Shown here piece after piece: positions 8,721-18,652 of a stretch of DNA of 64,000 nucleotides. The translations under genes and the position numbers were made by a program. The number at the start of each line of letters is the position of its first letter. The first letter of the stretch is position 1. The notes beneath the pieces were generated by a model. That model saw only the letters and a program-made list of their open reading frames with translations. It was not told where the DNA came from and searched no databases. Origin of the DNA: Salinivirgaceae bacterium (lineage in GTDB: Bacteria; Bacteroidota; Bacteroidia; Bacteroidales; SZUA-534); the NCBI GenBank assembly GCA_024405635.1, contig JAKSOL010000009.1, positions 1-64,000 of the forward strand, read 5' to 3'.

Positions 8721-11128
8721 GCTTTGAATATGTTATTTGGAATCATAAACTTTACTACACGTTTAATAATCGATTGTTTGCTATGCGAACTATGGTAACC
8801 TCCATAATGAGAAGCATAACGACCGTAACCATAATGGCCATATCCGCCATAGTAATAGCCATATCCATAACCATAATTACGGTTTTGTGCATCGTTTATC
8901 AATATGTTTAGGTTCAAATTATTATCTCGTTCGTCAAGGTCGTTAAGCAATTCAATTGCACTAACGTCGGTATAATTTTGTCGCATCACAAACAAGCACA
9001 CATCAGTATATTTTCCAATAATCAAGGCATCAGACACCAATGCAACAGGCGGAGTGTCAACCACAATGAAGTCAAACTCTTGACGCAAACGAACAAACAA
9101 ATCGGCAAGTTTGGTCGATTCTATCAATGCTGCGGGGTTTGGTGGAGTTGGTCCCGATGGCAAAACATACAAATTTTCAACCTTTGTCTCATTTATTATA
9201 TCCTCGTATTTGCACTTATCAACCAAGTATGATGACAAACCTATTTTATTTGAGATTGATAAGTTCTTGTGTTGTTTTGGTTTATGCATATCCAATCCAA
9301 TAATCAATGTGCGTTTGCCTGCCGCAGCCATAGTTGCTGCAAGATTTGTAACGCAAAATGATTTTCCTTCTCCTCCAATGGTTGAAGTTACTGCTATACA
9401 CTTAATTCCACCATCGATACTCAAGTACTGCAAATTTGATTTTACAGCGCGAAAAGCTTCTGAAATATGCGAACGTGGATCGCGCACTACTACCAAATCG
9501 TCAACATCATCTTTGTGACCAATGCTACCAACAATAGGTACTTTTGTGCGGTCTTTAACGTCTTTTGTTTCTTTTATGCTTGTGTTAATTAACTCTACTA
9601 ATTTGATTATGCCAATTGGCAACGCTAGGCCAATAATCAAAGCAATAAGATAATTGATTTTTGCGCGAGGAGAAATCAATACTGCATTATCGGCCCGAGC
9701 ATAGTCAAGCACTTTAATGTCTGATTGTGTAGATGCTTGCTTAATGCCAGCTTCAGCTCGTTTTTCAAGCAGATAAGTATAAATTTGGTCATTAAGATCG
9801 AACTTGCGGTTAATGTGCATCAACTTACGCTCGTTGTCGGGCAACTTTTCAATTTGTGAGTTCACTATTTCCATTTGACTCACAATGTCGTTAATTGCAA
9901 TTTCGTTGGTTGCTCGCAAGTTTTTAACGTTCTCGCTGATAAGTGTCTTAAGGTTTTGTATTTGCGACTCAGTTAGCTCAATTTTAGGATTAAGTTTTCC
10001 CGCCGACTGTGATTGCAAAAGCATCAACTCTTCGTTAAGTGTATTTAGTCGAAGAATAAAGTTAATCAGCAATTGGTCGTTTACTCCAACTGCGTTTGGT
10101 ACAATAAGGTTTTGTGCCGATTGCTGACTAGTTAAATAGTTGGTTATGTACTTATAGTACTTTTGCTCAATAAGCAATGCTGCTTTTTTATCGTTCAATT
10201 GTTTGTAATGCTCATATAGCGACTTGCCTTCGTGGCTAATGTCAACCACCATTTTGTTTTCAGTTCGAAAATCGAGCAGCGATGTCTCGGCTATCGACAA
10301 AGAATCGGTAATGGTAACTAATTGTTCGTCAATAAATCTGATTGTCTTAGTTGCTATTTCAGTTTTCTCGGCAAGCTCGTTTTCAATGTATGTCTGCATC
10401 AAGGCATTCAAATAATCGGCAGCCTCGGCAGCACTATAACTACTAGCAGTTAATGTAAGCACCGAACTTTTGTCGTGAAGGATATTAACACTTAAGCTAC
10501 TAAGTTTTTGAGAAACCAAACTTTGCAGTGTGTTTATTGTAAAGGCAAAAGGTTTTACCGAATCAACAATTGGTGCTGTAACACAAAAACTCATTTCTTC
10601 GTTTTCAACATACTCACCATAACGCACCAATTCGTTCAATTTTAATTCATCATTCGTAAAACGTACAGTTTCAGAATCAATTGGAGTAACATAAATTAAC
10701 TTGCCATAAGGTTGGGCATGTGCAGTGTCGTATGTTATGCACATTTCAACTGGTTTATATTGTCGAACATTATGTACACGGCCCAAACCGTAATAAGTAA
10801 CATCAATGTTCATTCGCTTAACTGCGGCTTCGTTTAACACATACGACTGCAAAATACCAATTTGGTTTTGCACATTTACACCTTGTCGCATAAACGCTAG
10901 GCTCTCAATAAGTTCAGTGCTACGCGTCGAGTTTTTTTGATTTTCAGTTACCAAAACCGATGAGTTTACACTGAATTTAGGTTGTGTATATCGGTTAACC
11001 AAATATGCGCAAGCCAACGAAACAATTGTAAAAATGACAAACCAATGCCAGTTTCGCAGAATGCCACCAATCAGTTTTTTTATATCAACCGACTCAATTT
11101 CTTCTTCTTGAATCTTGTTCATTTCCAT
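8717..11128 (-). CDS. wzc: Polysaccharide co-polymerase/tyrosine autokinase
   Basis: Two TMs, Walker A GGEGKS, VVDTPP, C-terminal Tyr-Gly cluster. Confidence 0.93.
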   Translation of the reverse strand: MEMNKIQEEEIESVDIKKLIGGILRNWHWFVIFTIVSLACAYLVNRYTQPKFSVNSSVLVTENQKNSTRSTELIESLAFMRQGVNVQNQIGILQSYVLNEAAVKRMNIDVTYYGLGRVHNVRQYKPVEMCITYDTAHAQPYGKLIYVTPIDSETVRFTNDELKLNELVRYGEYVENEEMSFCVTAPIVDSVKPFAFTINTLQSLVSQKLSSLSVNILHDKSSVLTLTASSYSAAEAADYLNALMQTYIENELAEKTEIATKTIRFIDEQLVTITDSLSIAETSLLDFRTENKMVVDISHEGKSLYEHYKQLNDKKAALLIEQKYYKYITNYLTSQQSAQNLIVPNAVGVNDQLLINFILRLNTLNEELMLLQSQSAGKLNPKIELTESQIQNLKTLISENVKNLRATNEIAINDIVSQMEIVNSQIEKLPDNERKLMHINRKFDLNDQIYTYLLEKRAEAGIKQASTQSDIKVLDYARADNAVLISPRAKINYLIALIIGLALPIGIIKLVELINTSIKETKDVKDRTKVPIVGSIGHKDDVDDLVVVRDPRSHISEAFRAVKSNLQYLSIDGGIKCIAVTSTIGGEGKSFCVTNLAATMAAAGKRTLIIGLDMHKPKQHKNLSISNKIGLSSYLVDKCKYEDIINETKVENLYVLPSGPTPPNPAALIESTKLADLFVRLRQEFDFIVVDTPPVALVSDALIIGKYTDVCLFVMRQNYTDVSAIELLNDLDERDNNLNLNILINDAQNRNYGYGYGYYYGGYGHYGYGRYASHYGGYHSSHSKQSIIKRVVKFMIPNNIFKA

Positions 11129-11132
11129 TCAA

Positions 11133-11897
11133 TTAATCTTTAAACAAAACCAATACCGTTGTAACTACTGATATTGAAGACAAAAACACACTCAACAACG
11201 ATGAGTTGGTTGGCCAAGTTCGCGCACGGGTAGGTTTAACATATACTACATCGTTTGATTTTAGCCAAAAATTGGGATCTGAAATAAAATCAGAAGCTTT
11301 CATATTCAACGTTGCAGTTGATGTAGTATTGTCGCCCTTACGCAAAATCATTATTTCGCTGCGGTCGGCATATACAGTGCAGTCGCCAGCCTTACCCAAT
11401 GCATCAAAGATGGAAATTTCGCGATCGGTAAAAGTATATGTTCCAGGGTGGGATACCTCACCAAGCACAGTAACTTTGTAGTTTAACAAACGAACGGTTG
11501 CTACCACATTGGTAACATATTCGTCTATTCGCGACTGAACTGTGTCTGTTGCTTGTCCTAGAGTAAGTCCTGCTAAATGAATTTTTCCCACAACAGGAAA
11601 ATTTATATCGCCATTTGCATCAACCAAATATGCATCAAGTTCGGCCATTTGAACGGTGTTGCTAAAACGATCGGTTGAACTATGCAAACCTAGGGTTTCG
11701 CTATTAGCGCCAACAAGACTAATGTAAAGATTGTCATTTGGTTGTAGCACAATTTTCAACGCTTCGGTAGTTGGCAACGTATCGGGTGCTGACTTGTATA
11801 AATCTTGAACATAAACCAAGTTTTTGTACCTAACGCTACAACTCGAAAAAACTATTGCTATTGCTATAAATGCAACTAATTTGAATGCTCTGTTCAC
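11133..11897 (-). CDS. wza: Polysaccharide export lipoprotein
   Basis: Lipobox FSSC, Poly_export (GDINFPVVG), SLBB (VLGEVSHPG). Confidence 0.9.
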   Translation of the reverse strand: MNRAFKLVAFIAIAIVFSSCSVRYKNLVYVQDLYKSAPDTLPTTEALKIVLQPNDNLYISLVGANSETLGLHSSTDRFSNTVQMAELDAYLVDANGDINFPVVGKIHLAGLTLGQATDTVQSRIDEYVTNVVATVRLLNYKVTVLGEVSHPGTYTFTDREISIFDALGKAGDCTVYADRSEIMILRKGDNTTSTATLNMKASDFISDPNFWLKSNDVVYVKPTRARTWPTNSSLLSVFLSSISVVTTVLVLFKD

Positions 11898-12051
11898 CTT
11901 ACAACTTTTTAAGGTTGCGAAGATACAATTTATTGATTTTTAATGCCACAATTATGGTTATTGTGCTGTTTTTTAGGACGAAAATCGATTGTAAAATATA
12001 CTAGTGTTTTGGAGCACAATTTGCCGCTTTGCCTTTTTGCTAAATGTTGCT

Positions 12052-12879
12052 CTAAATTGATTTTGCGCCAAACACTTCAATATTCAGGTAATCAATCAAT
12101 TGCTTTGATACTCTATGAAAAAAACGGCGATTGCCTAAACCAACTACCCAACGGATTCCATTTATACAATCAACTAAAAAAATCTCGTCGGCTACGTCAA
12201 GGTCTTCGGGTAAAAGAAGGACATCGGTTGACACTCGTAACCCTGCTTTTTGCGCCGCTTCAACAACCTTATTTCGCAAAACATCGCAAACATCATCAGC
12301 ATCAAGTTGTGGAGTTAACACTTGTTTACCTTTAACCACAAATAGGTTTGATTTTGTTGCTGTTGATACAAAACCTTTTTCGTTTAACAAAAGAGCATCA
12401 TCAACACCATTTGCTTTGGCATAACGCTTGGCCAAGGTTGAAATTATCGGAATTGGCAATTTACGACTACTTTTTTCAGGATTATATACAACAATAGATA
12501 ACCCTCGTTGCGCATCAGTATAAACATCAACACCTACCCTCTCGCCTGTTACTATAATATCGGCCACCTCGTCATCGCTATCAACCCTTTGAACAATTAA
12601 CACTTGTGCTTTTGCGGCCTGAAATATCTTATTGCGGCGTAACACTCCTGCAATTTGCATTTTTAGATATTCTTTGCTCCAAAAAGTTGGCAAATTGAGG
12701 TTTAGTAAAGCAACTTCGGCCATTATGTGGTCATAATGCTCGTCTAGCATTACAGGCATGGCGCCATTGCACCGTAAAAGTTCGGTCACACAACTGCCTG
12801 GCCACAATGCCAAAGTATTGTGAAACGCTCCAGCATAGTCGGTATATTGTGTATATTGCTGATTAATACCAATATACAT
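12052..12879 (-). CDS. Aminotransferase class IV / aminodeoxychorismate lyase-like, degenerate motifs
   Basis: DDALLLN..SNLF, ADEIFL motifs; several PLP-contact motifs look altered. Confidence 0.75.
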   Translation of the reverse strand: MYIGINQQYTQYTDYAGAFHNTLALWPGSCVTELLRCNGAMPVMLDEHYDHIMAEVALLNLNLPTFWSKEYLKMQIAGVLRRNKIFQAAKAQVLIVQRVDSDDEVADIIVTGERVGVDVYTDAQRGLSIVVYNPEKSSRKLPIPIISTLAKRYAKANGVDDALLLNEKGFVSTATKSNLFVVKGKQVLTPQLDADDVCDVLRNKVVEAAQKAGLRVSTDVLLLPEDLDVADEIFLVDCINGIRWVVGLGNRRFFHRVSKQLIDYLNIEVFGAKSI

Positions 12880-12885
12880 TGCGAG

Positions 12886-13491
12886 CTAAAATATTTGTTT
12901 AAAGAAATAGACTAGTAAATCGGGCCGAAAAAGCAGCGGATAAACAAAGCCAAACAATGCTCCATAAAAGTGCGCATCGTGACCAATATTATCCATTCCT
13001 CGACGCGACATATAATGCTCGTAGGCCAAGTAAATTATACCAAAGACAATGCCGGGCATTGGCAGTATAGCAAAAAAGTATATTTTGCTCAATGGATTAA
13101 ACAAAATGCAAGCAAACACAACCGCCGACACTGCACCAGAAGCGCCAACTGCACTATAGTTGTAGTTATTGCGCTCTTTATACAATGTATAAATTGACGA
13201 TGCCACAATGCCGCCCAAATACAAGCCAGCCACATACCAAGCAGGATTGCCTCCCATTCGAGCACTAAAATAATACACTAACGCATCGCCAAACGAATAG
13301 AGCACTAACATATTGACAATTAGATGTGCCCAATTGGCATGAACAAAAGCATGGGTAATTATTCTATACCATTGCCCACGATGTATTATTTGGTACGGAT
13401 TAAAATCGTATCGAAAAATCAACTCGGCTCGGCTAAATGCCATTACCGACACTATGGCTGTGACACCAATAATGATTGCCCAAACCAACAT
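12886..13491 (-). CDS. Rhomboid intramembrane serine protease
   Basis: HLIVNM, GASG catalytic Ser, AHFYG His. Confidence 0.92.
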   Translation of the reverse strand: MLVWAIIIGVTAIVSVMAFSRAELIFRYDFNPYQIIHRGQWYRIITHAFVHANWAHLIVNMLVLYSFGDALVYYFSARMGGNPAWYVAGLYLGGIVASSIYTLYKERNNYNYSAVGASGAVSAVVFACILFNPLSKIYFFAILPMPGIVFGIIYLAYEHYMSRRGMDNIGHDAHFYGALFGFVYPLLFRPDLLVYFFKQIF

Positions 13492-13498
13492 TACTCAA

Positions 13499-13873
13499 CT
13501 ATTTTATTGCTTGAAAATCGAAGTGTATCTGCAAGATTGACGAGAAATCCATTCCTAAACGTAACATATCTTCGTCAATCTCTTCGTACTTCCAAATAAT
13601 TGAAAGTTGATGCCCGCGAATGTACATAAAATCGAGTTGGCGCAAAATATCAAACACAAAATGGTGCGATGCAGAACTCAAATAGCGAAAAAAGAACTCA
13701 CACCTACAATTATCAAGTTGGCAATCTTTATCTGATAACCAATCGACAATAGGTTTGTAAACGCTTATTGCATCTTCGGGAGTTGAGTTTCCTCTAATGA
13801 TAAACACTGACAAATCAGAGTCGATCATTACCTCTGGAATATCGTCAGTACCATTTAGTTTCAGAAAGTTCAC
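13499..13873 (-). CDS. SiaC/DUF1987 family protein
   Basis: PEV..I.G.S.PEDA..Y.P, YLSSAS, W.YE..DEDM...G pattern; GTG start. Confidence 0.8.
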   Translation of the reverse strand: MNFLKLNGTDDIPEVMIDSDLSVFIIRGNSTPEDAISVYKPIVDWLSDKDCQLDNCRCEFFFRYLSSASHHFVFDILRQLDFMYIRGHQLSIIWKYEEIDEDMLRLGMDFSSILQIHFDFQAIK

Positions 13874-13943
13874 GTTACCCTAATTTTAGTTCCACAAATA
13901 GACATTCATTCACTATTCAACGCCGAGCGTTGGGCAAAAACCA

Positions 13944-16397
13944 CTAACGGATTTTTGCACCAAGTTCTTTGTCGAGCGATGCAATAACTTTTTGCATCAA
14001 GCTATCAATCACCTTGTCGTTCAAGGTTTTAGTTTCGTCTTGAATTGTCAAACTGATTGCGTACGATTTTTTGCCAGCCTCTAATTTATCACCCTCGTAA
14101 ACATCAAATAGCGATATACTTTTAATGAGTTTCTTATCGGCTTTTTGTGCCACATTCTTAATAGCATCAAACGACACTCCTTTATCAATCAATAATGATA
14201 AGTCGCGGCGAACTTCAGGATATTTTGACAAATCGGTGTATGTGATTTTGTGGTTTTTAATGCTTTTAACAAGTGCTGTCCACTCTATCTCAGCAAAATA
14301 TACATCGTTCTTTATATCTAGTTGTTTACGCAACTTGCGCGACACTATTCCAAGTTTTGCAATTGGTTTGTTGTTATATACCAAGCTTAAACCCTCGCTA
14401 AACATGCAGTTAGTAAAAGTCTCTTGGCGAACCTTATCCATATTAACACCCAACTTGCCAAATATCTGTTCAACAAGCGATTTGATTGTATAGAAATTGG
14501 TTGGTTTTGTTTTTTCGGCCCACGACTCTTTGTTAGCATTACCAGTAATGGTCAACGACAATTTTTCGTTTTCGCTATATGCTTGCAATGGATTTTCAAG
14601 GTTTTCTTGAGCATTGTAATAGTAACAATTACCAAACTCAAACAATTTCAAGTCGCTATTTTGGTGATTGCAGTTCAACTGAACAGCCTCAAGCGCTCCA
14701 TAGAGCAAAGTTTGGCGCATCACGTTCAAATCTTGGCTCAACGGATTCAAAATTTTCACCGAATTTGCAATGTTCAATTCGTCGTTTTCAGCATAATACG
14801 CTGCTTTGGTCAACGAGTTTGCCATCATCTCATTAAAACCTGCACCAACAAGCATTTCGGCTGCCAAGTTGCGCAACTTATTCACTACTGGTTTTTGCTC
14901 ATAAACCAAAGTTGAATTTACTTCTGGTTTTATTGTAACCTTGTCGTAGCCATAAATGCGAAGTATTTCTTCAATCACATCGGCCTCGCGTTGAACATCG
15001 ACACGATAAGGTGGCACTTTTATTACTAGTTGCTCTGCGGTTTCTTCAACAATCTCAGCCTCAAGACCTTTTACTACTTTCTTTACAATATCAACAGGAA
15101 TTGTTTCGCCAATCAAACGATTGATTTGCGAGTAACGTAAGGTTATATCAAAATGCTGAATTGGATTTGGGTAGATATCGGTAATGTCTGACGATATTTG
15201 GCCGCCAGCTACTTCTTTAATCAACAAAGCTGCACGTTTAAGTGCATAAATGGTAATATTTGGGTCGATGCCACGTTCGTAAAGGAACGAGGCCTCAGTA
15301 TGTAAATCGTGTGTGCGTGCGGTTTTGCGAACATAAACTGGATTAAAATATGCGCTCTCAATAAACACGTTTGTAGTGTTATTGCTGATTCCGCTTTCCA
15401 AACCACCAAAAACGCCTGCAATGCACATTGGTTCGCTCTCGTTGCAAATCATTAAATCGTTTGCTTTCAAACTGCGTTCAACACCATCAAGTGTAACAAA
15501 TTTGGTTCCCTCAGGCATTGTGCGAACCACAATTTTGTTGCCTTTAATTTTGTCGGCATCAAATGTGTGAAGTGGTTGACCCAATTCGTGAAGAATAAAG
15601 TTCGACACATCGACAACATTGTTGATTGGACTTAATCCAATTGTTGAAAGTCGTTTTTGCAACCACTCTGGCGAAGGGCCAATTTTAATTCCACTAATAG
15701 TAACACCTGTGTAACGAGGGCAAGCTTCTTTTGCATCAATAGTAATGTCTATTTTGCGAGATGTATTATCAACCTTAAACGCATCAACGCTTGGCATGTT
15801 CAATTTTGCGTTTTTTCCTGCTACGTTAAGGGCAATTGCCAAATCTCGCGCCACACCGATATGCGAAGCTGCATCAATACGGTTTGCTGTTATATCAACC
15901 TCAATAAGAGTGTCGTTTTCAAGATGATAGTATTCTGATGCTGGAGTTCCAACCTTAACATCGGAAGGGAGAACAATGATGCCATCGTGCGATGCACCAA
16001 CTCCAATTTCATCTTCGGCGCAAATCATACCAAACGATTCTTGTCCGCGTATTTTCGATTTTTTTATCACAAACTCCTTGTCGCCATCGTAAAGTACAGT
16101 GCCAATTGTTGCTACTATTACTTTTTGTCCTGCTGCCACATTTGGAGCGCCACATACAATAGTTAATATTTCAGGGCCACCAACATCAACAGTAGTTATA
16201 TGAAGGTGATCGGAATCGGGATGGTTAATGCAAGTTTTTACATCACCTACTACTAGACCTTTAAGTCCGCCACGAATCGACTCTACTTCTTCAATATGGT
16301 CAACTTCAAGACCAATGCTTGTTATGGTATCAGCAATTTGTTGTGCTGTTAAATCTGTGTTGATGTACTCTTTAAGCCAATTGTATGAAATATTCAT
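13944..16397 (-). CDS. pheT: Phenylalanine-tRNA ligase beta subunit
   Basis: MNISYNWL, VCGAPNV, GQPLHTFD, RRDLS FDX-ACB domain. Confidence 0.98.
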   Translation of the reverse strand: MNISYNWLKEYINTDLTAQQIADTITSIGLEVDHIEEVESIRGGLKGLVVGDVKTCINHPDSDHLHITTVDVGGPEILTIVCGAPNVAAGQKVIVATIGTVLYDGDKEFVIKKSKIRGQESFGMICAEDEIGVGASHDGIIVLPSDVKVGTPASEYYHLENDTLIEVDITANRIDAASHIGVARDLAIALNVAGKNAKLNMPSVDAFKVDNTSRKIDITIDAKEACPRYTGVTISGIKIGPSPEWLQKRLSTIGLSPINNVVDVSNFILHELGQPLHTFDADKIKGNKIVVRTMPEGTKFVTLDGVERSLKANDLMICNESEPMCIAGVFGGLESGISNNTTNVFIESAYFNPVYVRKTARTHDLHTEASFLYERGIDPNITIYALKRAALLIKEVAGGQISSDITDIYPNPIQHFDITLRYSQINRLIGETIPVDIVKKVVKGLEAEIVEETAEQLVIKVPPYRVDVQREADVIEEILRIYGYDKVTIKPEVNSTLVYEQKPVVNKLRNLAAEMLVGAGFNEMMANSLTKAAYYAENDELNIANSVKILNPLSQDLNVMRQTLLYGALEAVQLNCNHQNSDLKLFEFGNCYYYNAQENLENPLQAYSENEKLSLTITGNANKESWAEKTKPTNFYTIKSLVEQIFGKLGVNMDKVRQETFTNCMFSEGLSLVYNNKPIAKLGIVSRKLRKQLDIKNDVYFAEIEWTALVKSIKNHKITYTDLSKYPEVRRDLSLLIDKGVSFDAIKNVAQKADKKLIKSISLFDVYEGDKLEAGKKSYAISLTIQDETKTLNDKVIDSLMQKVIASLDKELGAKIR

Positions 16398-16422
16398 AGT
16401 TTACCCTTATTTTATAAAGTGG

Positions 16423-16430
16423 CAAAAATA
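16423..16430 (-). promoter_or_regulatory. Bacteroidota -7 promoter element TATTTTTG (pheT)
   Basis: Matches TAnnTTTG ~25 nt upstream of start. Confidence 0.6.
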
Positions 16431-16481
16431 ATTTTTTTTCGTTCGTATGCCGACAAAAAGTGGCACTGAAAGCGGCAAAAA

Positions 16482-16517
16482 CAAAAGGCTTTCGGTGTTT
16501 ATTCCAAAAGCCTTTTG
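16482..16517 (-). terminator. Intrinsic terminator after the 17065 gene
   Basis: CAAAAGGCTTT...AAAGCCTTTTG stem. Confidence 0.6.
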
Positions 16518-16546
16518 ATATAGTAAAAGTTATATGATTCAATGCA

Positions 16547-17065
16547 CTAAATGGTGCAAGATTTACGGCTCATCATTATTTGCAAATCGTTATCGCTCAA
16601 TAAGTTATTAAAGAATAAAATACTAAACATTAATCCCTCGTTTTCACGATTCTCAATACTAATAAAACTATCACCATCGCCTATTGTCCAAAAAATACGA
16701 CACCCCCCTTTGGCAAAGTTTTTAAGTTCGGGATCGTTTATTACTCTAGAGTCGTCGGTTCCATAAATGGCAGCTATTTTAACAACCATTTCTTTAACAA
16801 CATTGATATCGAACCCACAACTTTTGCTTTTAAACACCACGTTTATTGGATTAACACCCACAATAACTTCTTTGTCGTACAATATGCGGAATTGAACTTG
16901 GTCGAAGAAGTTAAATTCTTTTTGTTGCAAATCGCGTTGATACGCAATCATTATAGTTGCTGGTGTTTCTTCGCTTTCGCATTCAGCAACATCATCACAA
17001 AAAAATTTCAGCAAGTCGTAATTCAATAAATTGAATAATTGACGTTCGGTTTGAGGGTGTTTCAT
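16547..17065 (-). CDS. Hypothetical cytoplasmic protein
   Basis: 172-aa ORF with ATG start, flanked by promoter-like motif and terminator; no family recognised. Confidence 0.7.
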   Translation of the reverse strand: MKHPQTERQLFNLLNYDLLKFFCDDVAECESEETPATIMIAYQRDLQQKEFNFFDQVQFRILYDKEVIVGVNPINVVFKSKSCGFDINVVKEMVVKIAAIYGTDDSRVINDPELKNFAKGGCRIFWTIGDGDSFISIENRENEGLMFSILFFNNLLSDNDLQIMMSRKSCTI

Positions 17066-17243
17066 TTATTGAAGGTATAGTTTAGGCGAAAATAGAAAAA
17101 ACCTATGTTCTTGCAACATTTTTTTGTGGTCATGATGCAAAATTTATTGAAAATCAATCAATTCTGCAATCTTCTTCAAACTTCATTATCTACTGTAATT
17201 TTCGGCTTATATAATTACATTGCGCCAGTTTAAGCATAAAAAA

Positions 17244-17684
17244 ATGGATCCATTCAACGACGAGTATTATATGCGCAAGGCCATTGTGCAAGCGCAAATG
17301 GCAGCACAGGCTAACGAAATTCCTATTGGTGCAGTGGTTGTGAGTCAAGGTAGAGTTATTGCTCAGGCACATAACCTTACCGAAACTCTTAACGATATTA
17401 CCGCCCATGCTGAAATGCAAGCTATAACTGCTGCTGCCGATACCATTGGTGGCAAATATCTTACTGATTGCACTTTGTATGTTACAGTTGAACCTTGTCC
17501 TATGTGTGCCGGCGCTTTGTATTGGTCGCAAATTGGAAGAATTGTTTATGGTGCTAGCGATGCCAAACGTGGCGCATCAATGTTTAATGGCATTTTTCAC
17601 CCCAAAACCGAGGTTGTTTCTGGTGTTCTTGCCGATGAATGTGCCAAACTGATGAAAGAGTTTTTTGCTGCTAAACGCAAATAA
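17244..17684 (+). CDS. tadA: tRNA adenosine deaminase
   Basis: EIPIGAV, TAHAE, EPCPMC; start moved to ATG 17244. Confidence 0.9.
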   Translation: MDPFNDEYYMRKAIVQAQMAAQANEIPIGAVVVSQGRVIAQAHNLTETLNDITAHAEMQAITAAADTIGGKYLTDCTLYVTVEPCPMCAGALYWSQIGRIVYGASDAKRGASMFNGIFHPKTEVVSGVLADECAKLMKEFFAAKRK

Positions 17685-17688
17685 AAAA

Positions 17689-17717
17689 AGCCGCACCAAA
17701 TTGAATTCGATGCGGCT
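17689..17717 (-). terminator. Terminator between convergent tadA and folD
   Basis: AGCCGCA...TGCGGCT stem with A-run on the left. Confidence 0.55.
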
Positions 17718-17738
17718 CGTATTCCTAACGAATGATCT

Positions 17739-18620
17739 CTACTCGTAAATTTTGTGCTGACCTGCCAACAATGTGTTTTTAAGCAGACTAATAATGGTCA
17801 TTGGGCCAACTCCGCCAGGAACGGGTGTAATGTAGCTACAAAGAGGAGCTACCTCATCAAACTTAACATCGCCTTTTAGTTTAAAACCGCTTTTGGTTTC
17901 AGGCGCTGGCAAACGATGAATACCAACGTCAATAACCACAGCTCCTGGTTTAATCATATCGGCGGTTACAAATTCAGGTTTACCAATTGCAACAATAAGA
18001 ATATCGGCACGACGGCAAATTTCTTTAAGATTTTTTGAACGACTATGGCAAATGGTAACAGTAGCATTACCTGGGGTTGCCTTGCGCGACATAAGAATGC
18101 TAATTGGAGTTCCAACGATGTTGCTTCGGCCTAACACTACGCATTCTTTTCCTTCTGTATCAATGTTATAGCGACGAAGCAATTCTACAATACCAGCAGG
18201 TGTAGCAGGCAAAAAGGCAGGCAAACCCATTGCCATTCTACCAGTATTTATTGGATGAAATCCATCAACGTCTTTTCTATAATCAATGGTTTCAATCACT
18301 TTATTTTCGCTAATGTGTTTAGGCAACGGCAATTGAACAATCAAGCCGTCAACATTTGGGTCGGCGTTTATTTCGCGAATTTTTGCTAGCAATTCTTCCT
18401 CTTTAATATCTTCAGGAAAACGCACATCGGTTGACTCAAAACCAACTGCATGACAAGTTTTAACCTTACTGTTAACGTATGTAGTGCTAGCGCCATCGTT
18501 ACCAACTTGAATAACTGCCAAGTTTGGGCGCTTTTCGCCACGAGCAACCATTGCCTCAACTTCGGCAGCAATTTCGGCTTGCATCTGTTTGTTTATTTCT
18601 TTTCCATCAATCAGTTCCAT
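17739..18620 (-). CDS. folD: Methylenetetrahydrofolate dehydrogenase/cyclohydrolase
   Basis: [32 protein letters not shown]. Confidence 0.98.
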   Translation of the reverse strand: MELIDGKEINKQMQAEIAAEVEAMVARGEKRPNLAVIQVGNDGASTTYVNSKVKTCHAVGFESTDVRFPEDIKEEELLAKIREINADPNVDGLIVQLPLPKHISENKVIETIDYRKDVDGFHPINTGRMAMGLPAFLPATPAGIVELLRRYNIDTEGKECVVLGRSNIVGTPISILMSRKATPGNATVTICHSRSKNLKEICRRADILIVAIGKPEFVTADMIKPGAVVIDVGIHRLPAPETKSGFKLKGDVKFDEVAPLCSYITPVPGGVGPMTIISLLKNTLLAGQHKIYE

Positions 18621-18652
18621 AGTATTTCGGTATTGATTCTTTGTTTTGTTTA

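Noticed and set aside
8790-8880. Repetitive ccata/gccata stretch
   Set aside because: Encodes the normal Tyr-Gly autophosphorylation cluster of Wzc
13944-16397. pheT without adjacent pheS
   Set aside because: Separation is usual in Bacteroidota
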